Positions 30,590 to 45,133 of a DNA stretch of 64,000 nucleotides are shown here, piece by piece. Position numbers and translations under genes: made by a program. The stretch's first letter is position 1. The number at the start of each line of letters is the position of its first letter. The stretch is from Octopus vulgaris (Eukaryota), in contig OX597814.1 in the NCBI GenBank assembly GCA_951406725.2, positions 16,306,001 through 16,370,000 on the forward strand, written 5' to 3'. The notes beneath the pieces are model-generated. The model made no database searches. It saw nothing but the letters and a program-made list of their open reading frames with translations, and was not told the origin of the DNA.

Positions 30590-30983
30590 AACGAGCTGGC
30601 AGAATTGTTAGCACGCCGGGCGAAATGCTTAGCGGTTTTTCGCCTACCGTTACGTTCTGAGTTCAAATTCCGCCGAGGTAGACTTTGCCTTTCATCCTAT
30701 CGGGGTCGATAAATTAAGTACCAATTACGCACTGGGGTTAATATAATCGACTTAATCCGTCTGTCTGTCCTTGTTTGTCTCTTCTGTGTTTAGTCCCTTG
30801 TGGGTAGTAATGAAATAGGTATTTCATCTATCTTTACGTTTTGCGTTCAAATTCTGCGAAGGCCGACTTTGCCTTTCATCCTTTCGAGGTCGATGAATTA
30901 TGTAACAGTTTCGTACTGAGGTGGATCTTATCGACTGGCCCCCTCCCCAAAACGCCGACCCTCGTTCCTAGAGCAGAAAAGAA
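30590..30983 (+). mobile_element. SINE B, internal dimer
   Basis: First unit near consensus, second unit more diverged, with a degenerate TSD. Confidence 0.9.
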
Positions 30984-32232
30984 TTTGTATTGTGAAGGAT
31001 GAAATATCTCGGTATCTTCTAACATCTATTGATGTTCTGAGTTCAAGTATCTCACGGGTTCATCTTGACATTTTATATTTTCGATGACGATACAATCCGA
31101 TATTATTACATTTACTAATATGTGTCGAATCGTACCTGTCCTCGAATTTAGTATTACGTAGCATTTCGTATGATCTTATTTCTAAAGCTTATGTGTCTCC
31201 CTTCATATATGACTTTCACCAGTTATATTTTTCATACATGGGGATTTAAAACGAAAAAAGTGCAGAATTATTTCGCGGCATATGATATGGCATTTGTATA
31301 CTTAAATATAGCTAAACTGTTTGCAAAATTATTGTTTCAAATATTTTGCAGTTTTTTCAGGCATGTGGTTTTGTAAAGTGGTGTCATATATATTTTCATT
31401 TATAAACTTACTTTCAGCGGCGCTTGTTTTCTGCTTGACTAGTGTATCCATATCACTTTGAAACCGTCATTAAACTGTATCTAAATAACCAGTTGATACG
31501 ATGACAAATCAAATTTATTGATGCATTTATTCACTAAAAAGAAAACCAATATTTTAAATGACCTCACTGTGATCACATTTCTCTGTGAAGTTGAAATTAC
31601 TTCGCATCTGTAATTTATGATGCTTAGAAAACCTAATATGTAACAGTTGTATATTGTATAATTAAATTATGAATTGATCTCATTCTCTGGCGCCACTCAA
31701 AGTTATTTACGAATACTTTTTTTTTTTAGAAAGCTTGTTACTGCATAACCAACAAGTAATAGCGAAGATTATATTTCCGCTGTTTACTTGTAAGAAACTA
31801 AAGCACCATCGAAGTTTTCTCCCTTGCTAGCTCGCTCCCAAAAGAATGATAAATAATTTTCTAATTATCTTATTTAGCACTTTCAACAGTTTCGTGGTTA
31901 TTTTTGATTTTGAACAGTCGAAACAGAATGAAACTTGTCTCTTATAATTCGCATATTTTGAGAGTGGCACAATACAGATAATCTTCTTGGTTTTTATTGT
32001 CATTATCTTAAATTTTTGTCTTTATTTCATCACAGAATATTGGCTACGATGGTACACGTTTTAAGAGATAAAGATATCAGATCATTCTATCGATTCCAGT
32101 AATTTGTAATTAATTTCACGAAAACTGAAACGTGACATCCACCTATACATACGTATATACATACATACATACATACATACATACATACATACATACATAC
32201 GCAAACAAACGCATACACATATTATAGTTATG

Positions 32233-32266
<34 letters not shown>

Positions 32267-32314
32267 TGTATGTATGTATGTATATATATATATATATATA
32301 TATACATATATACA

Positions 32315-32778
32315 ATCCAGAAAAAAAGACTGACTCGGTGAAACAGATGAGCTACTGGTAGAGAAGGCAAGAAAGGTATGTAGTGAAATACATATGGAAG
32401 ATCCTGGAACGTCTAAATCACAACTTTAGAGTTAAAAACTGTACCAGCCACCGAACTGGACGATACTGCATACTACCAAAGGTACCATCTTCTTCACCTC
32501 AGCTAAGGACCCAGTATTACAACTGCTCGGGTTTCGGGAACCACAACTATCTAACTGTTTAAGAACCTAAGAGATCAGCAAGTTGTAGATGTGAAGACGT
32601 TCATAAGCACCTGGACAAATTTCTATCTGAAATCGCAGATGCATCCACATCACGGTAGGGTGGCACAAAGAAGAGTAGCATCGTTTAATTCGCTTTTACA
32701 CCAAAAATAGTAGCGAAAAGAGACCCAGTTACACCAAAAGGCGGTGCCTCAGCATGATCACAGCCTGTAGTTGAAACC

Positions 32779-32779
<1 letters not shown>
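32315..32779 (+). mobile_element. CR1-type LINE 3' end, degenerate
   Basis: YIWKILERLNHNF...HRTGRYCILPKVP is homologous to the minus-strand product of 55755-56620. Its 3' tail resembles the SINE A tail. Confidence 0.75.
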
Positions 32780-32825
<46 letters not shown>

Positions 32826-33014
32826 CATAAGTACATATGTACATACATATATGCACATATCTATGTATCTGTGTATGCACGTACATATGTATGTCTGTAT
32901 GTATGTAAGTTCGCATTAATGAAGATGCTGGGCGTTTGGAAATTTTCCCAAGGAGGTGTGATGTGTGAAAAGATCTATGTCGCACCCAACTGCCATGCGG
33001 GCGTCGCAGATACT

Positions 33015-33636
33015 CTTATATACACTAGGCACAAGGCCCGAAATTTTTGGAGAGGGGGCCAGTCGATTAGATCAACTCCCGTACACAATTGATAAATTAT
33101 TTATCGACCTCGAAAGGATGAAAGACAAAGTCGACGTCGACGGCATTTGAACTCAGAACGAAAAGACAGACGTAATACCAAGACGCATTTCTCCCAGCTT
33201 GCTAACGTTTCTTATTTCTTATTTCTTTATTGCCCACAATGGGCTAAACATAAAGGGGACAATAAAGGACAGACAAAGAAATTAAGTCGATTACAACGAC
33301 CCCAGAGCGTAACTGGTACTTAATTTATCGACCCCGAAAGGATGAAAGACAAAGTCGACATCGGCAGAATTTGAATTCAGAACGTAAAGACAAACGAAAT
33401 ACTCATTTCTTTACTTCCCACAAGGGGCTAAACACAGAAGGGACAAACAAGGAGAGACAAACGGATTAAGTCGATTATATCGACCCCAGTGCGTAACTGG
33501 TACTTATTTAATCGACCCCGAAAAGATGATAGGCAAAGTCGACCTCGGCGGAATTTGAACTCAGAACGTAACGACAGACGAAATACCGCTAAGCATTTCG
33601 CCCAGCGTGCTAATGTATCTGCTAGCTCGCCACCTT
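33015..33636 (-). mobile_element. SINE B, internal trimer
   Basis: Three core units. TSD GGGCGTCGCAGATACT on both sides. Confidence 0.9.
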
Positions 33637-33887
33637 TGGGCGTCGCAGATACTGATCTAAACTTGGAAGAAATCGAATATTCTTCGCGTGTTTCGTCAGC
33701 AAATTTGTTTTCTGTCGAAACGAGTCCCAGTTCCTTTAAGTATTAACTAAAAGCATATAAATGAAAAGCATCCGAAAGTCAAGGAAACTGGTCATAGTCT
33801 GCATTGCCATCTTCTTGTTTCCAATACATGATGAATTCTACTTCAGTAATGCTCCTTTCATAATTAGCTATGATGACAAAGTAGAGT

Positions 33888-34047
33888 TCTTTTTACTTGT
33901 TTCAGTCACACATTCCGCCGAGGTCGACTTTGACTTTCATCCTTTCGGCTGTCGATAAATTAAGTACCAGATGCGTACTGAGGTCGATCTAATCGACTGG
34001 TCTCCTCCCCCCAAATTTCGGGCATTGTGCCTAGAGCAGTAAAGAAT
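33888..34047 (+). mobile_element. SINE B 3' half (tail 2) abutting a SINE A tail stub
   Basis: CTTTTTACTTGTTTCAGTCAC followed by ATTCCGCCGAGGTCGAC... Confidence 0.8.
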
Positions 34048-34251
34048 GAGAAGGTTTGTTGGAGTCGTTTACAGTGAAGACTGTGTGGTTTAATGTTGGG
34101 TGCTTTGCTATCGTCCGACAATGTGGTAAGTACTAACTAAACGGTTACCAAATAAGAAATACTAACGCATTTTCTTGGCACTCACTACGAAAAAAATGGC
34201 AAACCTCAGAAACTAAAATCCAAATATTTTCGCAGGACTCAACTTGCATGC

Positions 34252-34284
<33 letters not shown>

Positions 34285-34335
34285 TGTATGTATGTATGTA
34301 TGCATGCATGTATGTATGCATGTACGTGTGCATAT

Positions 34336-34404
<69 letters not shown>

Positions 34405-36609
34405 TGTATGTATGTATGCATTTATGACACTTTGTATGAATTAACATGCATGTGTATGTGTGTGTGTTTGGAGAGTTTGTGTATTTGTGAGTGTATGCAT
34501 GTAAAATATTGGGAAGTGTCTTGAGAAATGGAATAATATACACATGTAAGGAATTCTAGCCAATCAAATAAAATGAGATTTTTCCCAGCAAGGTATAGAA
34601 ACCGAGTCGGCGAATCCGATCAACGTGATCTTAATGTACTTAGGATGTTATAGCTTTCTTTCAAAAATGAAAAAAAAAAAAAAGATGAAAAAAGAAAAGA
34701 AAATGAAAGAAGTCTAAGTACAATGAAAATTAAACAATAACAGACATTTCAGAAATTGAATTTCAGAAGCGACAGTAAGATAAACAAACAAAAGCAAATA
34801 AGGTGATAAACAATATATAAACGAATAGCCAGACATTTTAAAAATGCACTGAAATACCATCAAAATTTCGTGTCTGTTTGAGAAGTGACATTCGGTGTAC
34901 TTCCGTTTTCAAGTCTAAAGAAATCTTCGAGTTGCTCCTTTTTTAAAACTATTCATTTGAGAGAAGGATACTGTAAGACACTGATAAGATAGTGGTGACA
35001 TTATTTGTCAACACCCAAGAAATCTGACACTATTTCTTTGAATTGAAGTTAGACGAAGGGGAAAATAAAATTTCGCAAATTCTTACTATATAGATATATG
35101 TGTGTGTGTGTTTAGATGTATGTATATGTATATATATATATTATATATTAAGATATAGGGCTGTGTGCGTGCATGTGTGTGTGCATACATGTGTTCTTTT
35201 GGACTCAAAGTATACGTTTATGTGTACAAATATTTGTGCGATGATACATGCGACAATAAATACATATGTATATACATCCTTTTCCATTAGCTAATATATA
35301 AAATATAATATATATACTTAAATAGATGGACAGGGACACGCACACTCACACACACACAACACACACATATATACTTGTGTCTATCTGTCTGTATATATAT
35401 ATGCGGATATAGTATATAAATATAACACATACATGCATACATACATACATACATACATACATACATACATACATACATACATACATACATACATACATAC
35501 ATACATACATAGATACATACATACATACATACATACATACATACATGTATGAATGTATGTACGTATGTATGCGTGCGTATTTGTGCCTGCGTCCGTGTTT
35601 GTGTTTGTATGTGCGGGAACTCGAAATCCCGCACATATCAATTCTTCAACTCTTTTTTTTCAACTACAGAAAGAGAAACAAAAGAATAAGATGAATGTCT
35701 TCTGTATTCTATTTAAGCAGGTGTCTGTGTGTCGAATAGAAGATGAAAGAACAATAATACTGACAATATCAATTCTAAGAGCAATAAATAAATAAATGAA
35801 ACATGGCGAATTACAAGAAACTTTAGTAAAACGAACGAATGTCAGCCGGTATCTTGTTTATATTAGCATCGAGTAGTTGATGAAAGTTCATTAGGATGTA
35901 TTGAGAGAAGATGTCAATGCAGTCTCTCTATGTTGTCAGATAGGCTTTAGTAACATACTCATTTCACTATACTCTTGTTTTCATTCGTTTTTTTTCCTTT
36001 CGTTTATACTTCTATTTATTCTACCCAGGGTATTTGGTGAATTTAAAGTAAAAATAAAGCAATGACAAATTAATTAAATTATCTGACATAATAATGACAA
36101 TGTCTAAACGAGAAACAAACCCAGTTGGAATTTAGTTGATGTTTTTATATTATCGACACTGAGAGGATGAAACGCAAAGTCTATAACTGCCGAGATAGAG
36201 TTGCATTTCATAGGACACTATCTTAGAAGATAACTGAATGTAGTTGTATGCCATAAAGTAATACATCATAAAAATCCGTCTCCTGAATATTACTAAACGA
36301 ACTTAAACAGTATAAGGCATTTATTGAGACGCTCAACGCATTCAGTCCATCGACCACGTTTGCGATGAGTGAGATATATTAAAAGAAAATATAAATTATT
36401 GCCGTGTATAGAATACTATATAGTTCGGGAAACAGACTAACTTATGATATTAATTCAGTACATTATTTGAAAATGCCGATCTTATAATGAGGAAAGACAA
36501 CGGTGACCTCAGTGCAAAGAGAATACAGAAACATAAATAGAAGGAAATAGATACTGTAGAATATTTGTCCGACTATCTTCCTATCATACATAGCGATATG
36601 AAAATTATA

Positions 36610-37565
36610 GATGCTAATCCTTTAAAACTTGGCATAATACCAGCAATGTTAGGAGCGGGGAGTAGATTATATCAATCCTAGTATATCAACCCTAGTACTT
36701 AAACAGTACTTATTTAAACGAAACCGAAATATTCAGAGGCAAATTTGACCTCTGCGCACAGAAAGGAAAAACCAGAAGGAATGCCGATCAGCATTTTGTC
36801 CTTCAGCTATTGATTTCACCTGCAAGATTTGTTCCATAATTTGGCACAATACAAGCCATATTTGTCAAAGTGGATTGACGACTGCATTACCTCCGTTGCT
36901 TGACTGGCACTATAATTCATCGACTCCGAAATTTAACATCTCTGATCTCAGAACGCAAAAATGGGAAAAACGCCGATAGAGAATTTCCTTTGTACGCAAA
37001 CGATAATTACTATATTTCATACTCTAGGCACAAGGCCTGACATTTGTGGTGGAGGGGACACTCAATTATATCGACTTCAGTATAATTTTACTGCAGTATA
37101 ATTACAATAAAAAATAATGAAGGCGGCGAGCTGGCAGACACGTTAGCGCACCGGGCGGAATGCTTAGCGGTATTTCGTCTGTCGTTACGTTCTGAGTTCA
37201 AATTCCGCTGAGTTCAAATTCCGGGGTCGATAAATAAAAATACAAGTTCCGCACTGGGGTCGATGTAATCGACTTAATCCGTTTGTTTGTCCTTGTTCGT
37301 CCTCTCTATGTTTAGCCCCTTGTGGGTAGTAAAGAAATATATATCGACTTCAGTGCTTGTCCGGTACTTATTTCATCGATAAAAGGCAAAGTCATTCACG
37401 GTGGAATTTGAACTCAGAATGTTAAGACGGACGACAGCATTTTGGCCGGTGTGTTAGCAATTCTGTCAGTTTCCGGCCTTGATGATGATGACGATGTAGA
37501 TAATGATAACCTTTTCTACGAAAGGCTCCAAGCCTGAAATTTAGGTTTGTGGCACTAGTCGATTA
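36610..37565. mobile_element. Cluster of SINE B copies: old minus-strand relics plus a younger plus-strand copy at 37121-37340
   Basis: Core and tail matches on both strands. Confidence 0.75.
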
Positions 37566-37589
37566 CCCTAAGTCAGATATGTAGTTGAA

Positions 37590-39060
37590 CTGATAGACCG
37601 GACCAAAGTAGACGCAAAAAAACAACCTAACAGATAAACTAGAAAGTTGTTGACAATGAATGGAGACCACCATTCGAAAGCTGATATCAACAGGTTATAC
37701 TTGAGAAGTGATCAGGATGGAGGAACATTAATAGTAGCAGAAGAATGTGTACAGATGGAAAGAAAAAGCCTAGAAGTGTATTTACCAAGTAGTACAGAAA
37801 AACCGCCAAAAACGCGCAATAGGAGAAAAAAGCACGAATGAAATACAAAGAGAGTACGGCAAACAGATTGTAGAGAAACCGCTGCATGGCCAATTTTGGA
37901 GAGCCGCTGAAGATGTATGTGGAACAAAATCCCGGGTTTGGTTAAGAAAGGGGCGAGCCTTATTGTAATAGAGAGCCTTGTTGTAGCAGCCTTAGACCAA
38001 GCGATAGAAGCAAACAACATAGGCGTAAGTAGCTTGCTTACCAACCACAAGGTTCGGGATCATTCCCACAGAGTGGAAATTGTGCAAGTGTCTTCTACTA
38101 TAGCCTAAGGGCTGAGCAAAGCCTTGTGAGTGGATTTGGTAGACGGAAACTGAAAGAAGCCAGTCGTATATATGTATATATATGCATGTGTATATGTTTG
38201 TGTGTCTGTTTTTTGATCTCCAACATCGCTTGACAACCGATACGTCCCCATAACGTAGTGTTTCGGCAAAAGAGAACGATAGAATTAGTACTATGCTTCC
38301 ATAGAATAAGTCCTTGGGTTGATTTGCTCGACTAAAGACGGTGCTCCAGCATGGCTGCAGTCAAATGACTGAAACAATTAAAAAAAAAGAGTTAAAAAGA
38401 AGAGAGAAAAAATATATGTGGAGAGAATGTGTCAGAAAAATTTTAACCCTGTGGATGTTGGTACGAGACAGTGGCACACATTGTGGCAGAATGGTACTAG
38501 TTGACAAAGTAAGAATATTAGAAATGTAGGCACGACCAGGTTGTAAAAGTTTTATACTGGAAACCGTGCATTAATTTGAAACAAGAAGCACATGGTAAAT
38601 CACCGAGGTGAAAGAGTACTGGAGTCGGAGAAATGTAAGATTTCCTATTCAAACTGACAAGAATTTCGAAAATAATAGACCAGACATAACCATTATAGAT
38701 AAGGAAAAGCGAAGTTGCTTACTGATCGACCCATCATCCCCGTTTGATTCCAGGATCGTATTGAAAGAGGACGACAAAAAGTGTCCAGTCCCTTAGAATT
38801 TAAAATAGGAAGCATTTGGAGCATGAGAAGAGTAAAATTCGTGCCTATAATAATTAGTCTGTTGGGAGCAATAAGCAAATATATATACAAATGGTTGAAG
38901 GAAATTGGAATAAAATTCCTGGTAGAGCTCCTAGAGAAAGTTTGTCTCTTAGGGATAGCAAGGATTATCAGGAGTGTTCTAAGCACTTGAAAGACTGATT
39001 TCTGGATGCCTAAGGTAACCCGCTACCCACATAAATCCTACAAGGAATAAAACAGAAACT
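37590..39060 (+). mobile_element. R4-like 3' fragment interrupted by SINE A
   Basis: HHSKADINRLYLRSDQDGG, ESLVVAALDQAI, NNRPDITIIDK...LIDPSSPFD and VPIIISLLG...LEKVCLLGIARIIR. Confidence 0.87.
38020..38385 (+). mobile_element. SINE A nested in R4-like element
   Basis: Plus-strand match to family A splitting the LINE frame. Confidence 0.88.
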
Positions 39061-39429
39061 TAGTCAGCTACAGCTGATATAGATTATGGAGTATTTCTCT
39101 TCATTAACGTTTTCTGGAACAATGTTATATAACGCATGTCATATTGTACTAAATTTGTTGTACCGCTTTATCTTTACGCATTGTGAGACCCAACTATATT
39201 TGCTTTTGTGTGTTTTAATTTCATATTAATTTACGAAGCCAGTGGCAATGTCATAACTTCTGCATAGTTCAAATAATGTCTCGCTCAGAGTGACGCATAC
39301 AGGAATACTGTCTGTGAATTTCATGCACTTCCGATGACCAAATATGTCATGCGATAAATGATATTTATTGATTTTTTAAAACATTGTTTATTTCCTCATT
39401 TCTTTGTGCCTTTGCCCTCTGCCGTGTGT

Positions 39430-40490
39430 CAACAATCATAAGATTTTCTGTTGCTTGGTAAAGGGACAGTCAGCAACAATATTCTAGATGTGACAATATA
39501 CATGCCGAAATAGGGAGAATGGTATCTAGTGGAACTGACTGGAAAGATCTCAGAACCCGGGGGTGAAAACAGCCTGAAATTAAGAGGCTGGCTAAGACAG
39601 TAAAGATGTGCAACATGGATATAGGGATGGAATTCAGAATCTGAAAGTGTGCGGTGCTCATTTTGAAGCGGGAAAAAAAGCAAATTAAAAGCGCATAAAA
39701 CTGCTAAACGAAACGCGAAAGGGAGCCCCAGATGCTGATGGGTACAAAGACATTGGGATCCTGACGCTGCACAATATTTTTTACAGAGAAAAGGAAAAAC
39801 AGAACACCACTGCATATTTGTAGAGCCTCAATGCAAGGAAACTCGTGACTGCCACCAACATAAGATATGTTGCTGTAGTCCGCTATAGTTTTACTCGTTC
39901 TGAAATGGACACGAACGGAGCTTGACCAGCTCGAACGCACTATCCGAAAGACGATGACAATGTATGGCAACCTCCATCCTAATGCAAACGAACACAGGCT
40001 CTACCCAAAGTGTAGTAGAGGTGGACGTGGCCTGATTAACGCACGGGAGAGTATCAATCGAAACAGATCAGGTGCTATAGCATAACAGACCGGACCTAGT
40101 AGTGATGAACCAGGTGCACCACATGCGCTATATAGTTGATGTTACATGCTCCTTTGAGCCACAAATAGTCAAGAAGGAAGGCGAAAAGATTGATAGATAA
40201 ATACAACCCTCTAAGTTCGAAATAGCCCGGCTATGGGAAATGAAAAAAGTGAAGACAGTGCCAATTATTGTTGGGACCATGGGAAAAGTACCAGAAGGCA
40301 TCAAGAGGAATAGAAAGCAAATTGGAATAGAGTGACCAGTAAAACTGTTACAAAAGGTTTGCCTCCTTGGCAAGGCAAGAATATATTCAGGAAGGTATTA
40401 GATAGCTGAAGTGAGTGGGTGGCACGGTAGGCTACGTATGCAAGACTCCAGGAGTTCCAACAAAACTTTTGATGAAAAGAAATATTATCA
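39430..40490 (+). mobile_element. R4-like fragment (RT end + RLE, internally deleted)
   Basis: LHPNANEHRLY...GGRGL, RPDLV, IVDVTCSF and VPIIVGTMG. The 3' UTR is shared with 7860-7935. Confidence 0.8.
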
Positions 40491-40559
40491 ACAACAAAAG
40501 CAACAATAAACCAGCTAATCATATTTGCTACTAATACTGTAGCTGACAAGATAGGTTAC

Positions 40560-41590
40560 AAGCGGATAACTAAAGAAATGAAAGGAAATGAAAAGAAAAA
40601 CACTAAGAGGAAGAAGAGAATATGAACGAATTTAGAAATGACACAGATAGAAATGGGGCCAATGAATAAGATAATGAGAGGAGAGTTCAAGAATGAGGTA
40701 GTAATCAGAAAATTGAATGGATAGAACAAGTTAAAAGAAAGGGGAAACCAGACAGTACATGAAGGATTATCAGAAAAGTTGATAGCTTTAAAGATATTAT
40801 GCAGTTGTAAAGGATTTTGAGCTGTTCCAAACAAATAGCAGTGTTTTTGATGGGACCAGCATGAGGAACTGATTACTGATGCAGAAGAAAGTAAAACATT
40901 GGGGTAAAACTGTGGAACAGACCAGTAAAACATAGAATGTTCAGAGTGGTTAACACAGGTGAAAAGACAACTTGCAACTGTGCCAAGACAGAATGACGTC
41001 AACATCGATCTATATACAGTGAGACTGAAATTTAAAATAAATAGCAAATTTAAAAGGACCAGGCCCAGATATGATACAAGGCTGCTGGTTAAAGAACTTT
41101 TACCCAGTTACATGAAAGGATCGCTTCATAACTGGATGAATTCCTGCAGCATGGGCACGTTCCTACCTGGATGACAAGTGAGCGAATGCTGTTAAGTCTC
41201 AAGGATCCCATGAAAGATAACTTGGCATCAAATTTTCGAGCTATAACCCGTTTACCACTTATGTGGATACTTATGACCAGTGTCTTGTTGAAAAAGCTGT
41301 ACAATCATCTAAAAAAGTAACAATCTACTTTGTGAAGAACATAAAGGATGCAACAAACAATGTAGGGCAACAAGGGACCACTTACTAGTTGATAAAATGA
41401 TAATTAGAAATTGCAGTCGCAAATTTGCGGGGTCTGAATGTAGCATGGCTAGATTTTAAATAAGTATATGACGTGGTACCACGTAGTTGGGTAAGTACAA
41501 TAATGAGCGTATTCAGATTGGCAGAAAATGGTTAATGAAAGTATGAAACATTTGAATACTAAATTGATTGGAGGAAATCAGTCTTAGAAA
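40560..41590 (+). mobile_element. R4-like reverse transcriptase fragment
   Basis: FWDQ.., NFRAITRLPLMW, EEHKGC...TRDHLLVDKMI and AWLDF...YDVVPRSW, with stops. Confidence 0.85.
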
Positions 41591-41639
41591 AGAGCTGGTA
41601 TGGCAATATCTATGATCTTGTTTACATTTTTTTTTTTAT

Positions 41640-42135
41640 CTATCACAATAATGTCTATCTAGTCCCCGAGCATCAATTAGGGAGTTACAACACTGGATCG
41701 TAAAACCCCACAGAACGTATATTCATTGTTCTCTGTGACGCCCCCTGGTCTGTCTTTGTACCATTTCTATGCTCTGCTGAGACCGTAATTTCCGCACGGT
41801 ATCCAGTGAATAAATTTACCCACGTTATTGTACCTCCTTTTGTAGTGCTTTTGGACAAGCTTGCTACGCTCACTCACAATATGTGAGATCTTTTGCTGTC
41901 ACACATCCTGCAAAGGGACGATTTACACTGCTTATCTCTTTGGAACTTGGTATAATTAGTTCTCAGCGCTTGGTCCTGGGCGCTGCATATCAGTGCCTCA
42001 GTGCATCCATTCAGATTACTTTTTCTCGGCCATTTCCAGGTGTTGGTCTTTCTTTCCCTTCCATTTCTCTGCGGCATTGCCCATACATTGTTTTCATTAT
42101 CTATGGCTAAGGTTCGATCTTATTCCTGGAAGGAA
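41640..42135 (-). mobile_element. R4-like zinc knuckle/RLE fragment
   Basis: TEALICSAQDQALRTNY...CRMC...HIVSECSKL. Confidence 0.85.
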
Positions 42136-42174
42136 TTATGTGGCTAGCGAGTTCCTACCTATAACGTTAGGTAT

Positions 42175-42392
42175 TCCTTTATTTGTTTCAGTCATTTGAC
42201 TGCGGCCATGCTGGAGCACCGACTTTAGTCGAGCAAATCGACACCAGGACCTATTATTTGTAAGCCTAGTACTTATTCTATCGGTCTGTCTTGCCGAACC
42301 GCTAAGTGACGGGGACGTAAACTCACCAGCATCGGTTGTCAAGCGATGTTGGGCGGGGTGGACAAACACAGACACACAAACATATACATACA
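42175..42392 (-). mobile_element. SINE A 3' half
   Basis: Match to family A. Confidence 0.88.
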
Positions 42393-43312
42393 AGTTTTTG
42401 TCAACAAGTACCTTCTTGGGGCACTTTTGGTGATGAAAATCATATCTAGTAATGTCTGATAGGTTGGCATTTTAAGTTGGAAAGCACCTGAGTAAATTCA
42501 GCACCAAAAAAAATATTTTAATCTCCTCTAAATTATATCTTCAAGGAATTACTTGTATATGCGATTGCTTGTGATTGAGTGTGTGTGTGTGTATGTGTGT
42601 ATGTGTGTGTGTGTTTGTGTGTGTGCATGTTTATGTGTGTCTTATGTGATGTGCGTTTATCTAATTATCCTCTATATCTCTCGATAAATCTATACATCTA
42701 TCTACTTAGTTAGCTAGTTAGTTCGCCCTCTCTTTCTCTCTCTCTCTACATACACACACGCACACACACACACGCACACATATGTACAAGTATATTCATG
42801 CGTATGCATATTTATATACATGCAGATGTAGATATCTATGCACACACACACTTACACACACACACACATGTGTATATACATGTATATAATTTCCATTTTA
42901 TAGAGATAATATTCATACATCTTCCCAGACATGAAGAAAGTTTCTTTTGTAACAATGCAAACGGTTCGAAATTTTCTATTTGTTTATTATTATTTATTTC
43001 TCTTCTCTTCCATCCTGAGATGGGAGGTTTGAACGTGACAAACGTCCAGATTCTCTTACTGTTATTCTTTAATTAACAGGCTGCACCGATTCACCAAATT
43101 TTCTTTCATTGTTTTTCTTCACTTAATTTTTTTTCTTCCTTAAACAGATTTGTCGACATCATAAATATAAATATACTTATTCACATATGTATGCATGTAT
43201 GCATTTATGTATGTCATTAAATTTTCCACACACGACCCTCACTCATATATATTTATGCGTGTGTGTATACACAAACAGTTACACACACACACACACATAC
43301 ATATATAGATTA

Positions 43313-43703
43313 CTAGCAGTATGGCCCGGCGTTGCTCGGATTTGTAAGGGAAATAACTATATAAGCATTTTTAGAGAGTTATAGCCAAAAAACAGCAAAA
43401 AATGCATTAAAAATGGAAAAAAAAAATTATGGTAATTTTTTTTTTAAATCGTTGACTCATCGTAGACATTTTTAGAGGGTTACTCCCCTTATATAACAGC
43501 GAAAAAATGCATTAAAATTGAAAAAAAATTATGGTATTTTTTTTTTAATCGTAGACACATCGTAGACGCTCGCTAATACCCAGAAGGGCTCGATATGAAT
43601 CACTACTATAAGATTTTGGTTAAACTGCACCGCAAAATGTGGGAGTAGTTAGGAATCTAAATCGTAGGAGACAGACACACAACTTCACTTTTATATATAA
43701 AGA
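43313..43703 (-). mobile_element. Non-autonomous Helitron
   Basis: Reverse complement of 11702-12097, with TC/CTAG ends and an AT target. Confidence 0.88.
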
Positions 43704-44084
43704 TATCTAAAATTAATGTTTAAATAGGAGAGTTTAAAATGCAGTATCCAAACCATTGGGTATGTCCCTAGTAGTATGCCCGGAGAGAACATTCACCACT
43801 AACGGTTACCAGGCGTCATCCGTGGTACTGCACATTCGTCGCAGGATCTACATAAGGAATTCCTCTGATCACGACTAGTATATAATAAATGATTGATGAG
43901 GAAGACAATGTGTGTTGCAATTTTTATTCAGCTTGCCGATCGTTTCGGTTTATATTTGCACTACTCCCTTGTGGGTGGGGAATTATAATTGAATTATACC
44001 GTTCCCACCCACTATCGCCGTACTGAATAAAGTTTACTGTACACTCCGTCTTCGCTACCTATAATATATGTATATATATATATA

Positions 44085-45133
44085 TTCCCGTTTGCGCCGT
44101 GAACAGGAATTAATCTTCTCTCTTCGCTCTTATACGCCATTTGGTCTCAACTCTCCCCCCTCCTCATCTAACCCCCTCTCCCCCCTCCTCACCTATCCTT
44201 TCCCCCCGACCCCTACTTCTTCAGTCCTTCATCCTTTCACCCCTACTCCCCTTCCCTTCTTCCCTCTTTCTCCCTCCCTCTTCCCCTTCCCTCTGCTCCC
44301 TCACTCCCTCTCTCCCCTTCTCTCTCTCCCTCTTCCTCTTTCCTCCTTCATCCCCCTCCTCCCCCATCCTCTCCTCTTCCCCCTCTCCTCCCCCTCTTCT
44401 TCCCCTCCCCTTCTCTCCCCCTCTTCTCCCCCTCCCCCTCTTCTCCTCACTACACCACATGACTTTACACATCACATCACATATGATGTGCCATACTAAT
44501 ACACACACCAACTAATACATACTAATACGTACTAATACATACTAGTACATACTAATACATACACCAACCCTATACATACACACGTCCAGACCCCGCATAC
44601 GCACTTATACTCTCTCATACACACACACACACACTTATACATACCAATACGTACTAATACATACTAATACATACTAATACATACACCAACCCCATACATA
44701 CGCACGTCCAGACCAATCCTACGCACTAATACTCTCTCATACACACACACACACACACACACCCTTATACATACTAATACATACACCAACCCTATACATA
44801 CACACATCCAGACCCCTCCTACGCACTATTAGCTGGTCCCTCAACCCTTTTATCAACCCTATTATCTCCCCTTATTTCGCTCTCGCGTCTCATGTTTGAT
44901 CTTTGACCTCTGGCCGAAATCAGATCGCCATGTTGATTCGTTAGCTACTGCACGCATTTTTTTCTCTCCTTCTTTCTGTGTTTTTCTCTCTCTGTGTATC
45001 TTTCTGTTGAAGAGCGTAGGCTCGAAACGTTAAAGACTTGTTTTATTTATATTTCCTGAGCGCCATACTAATACAATTGGTCGTTTGTTTTCCACCTGCC
45101 TTCGTCTTTTGTTTATTTTCATAAAGCTTCCCG

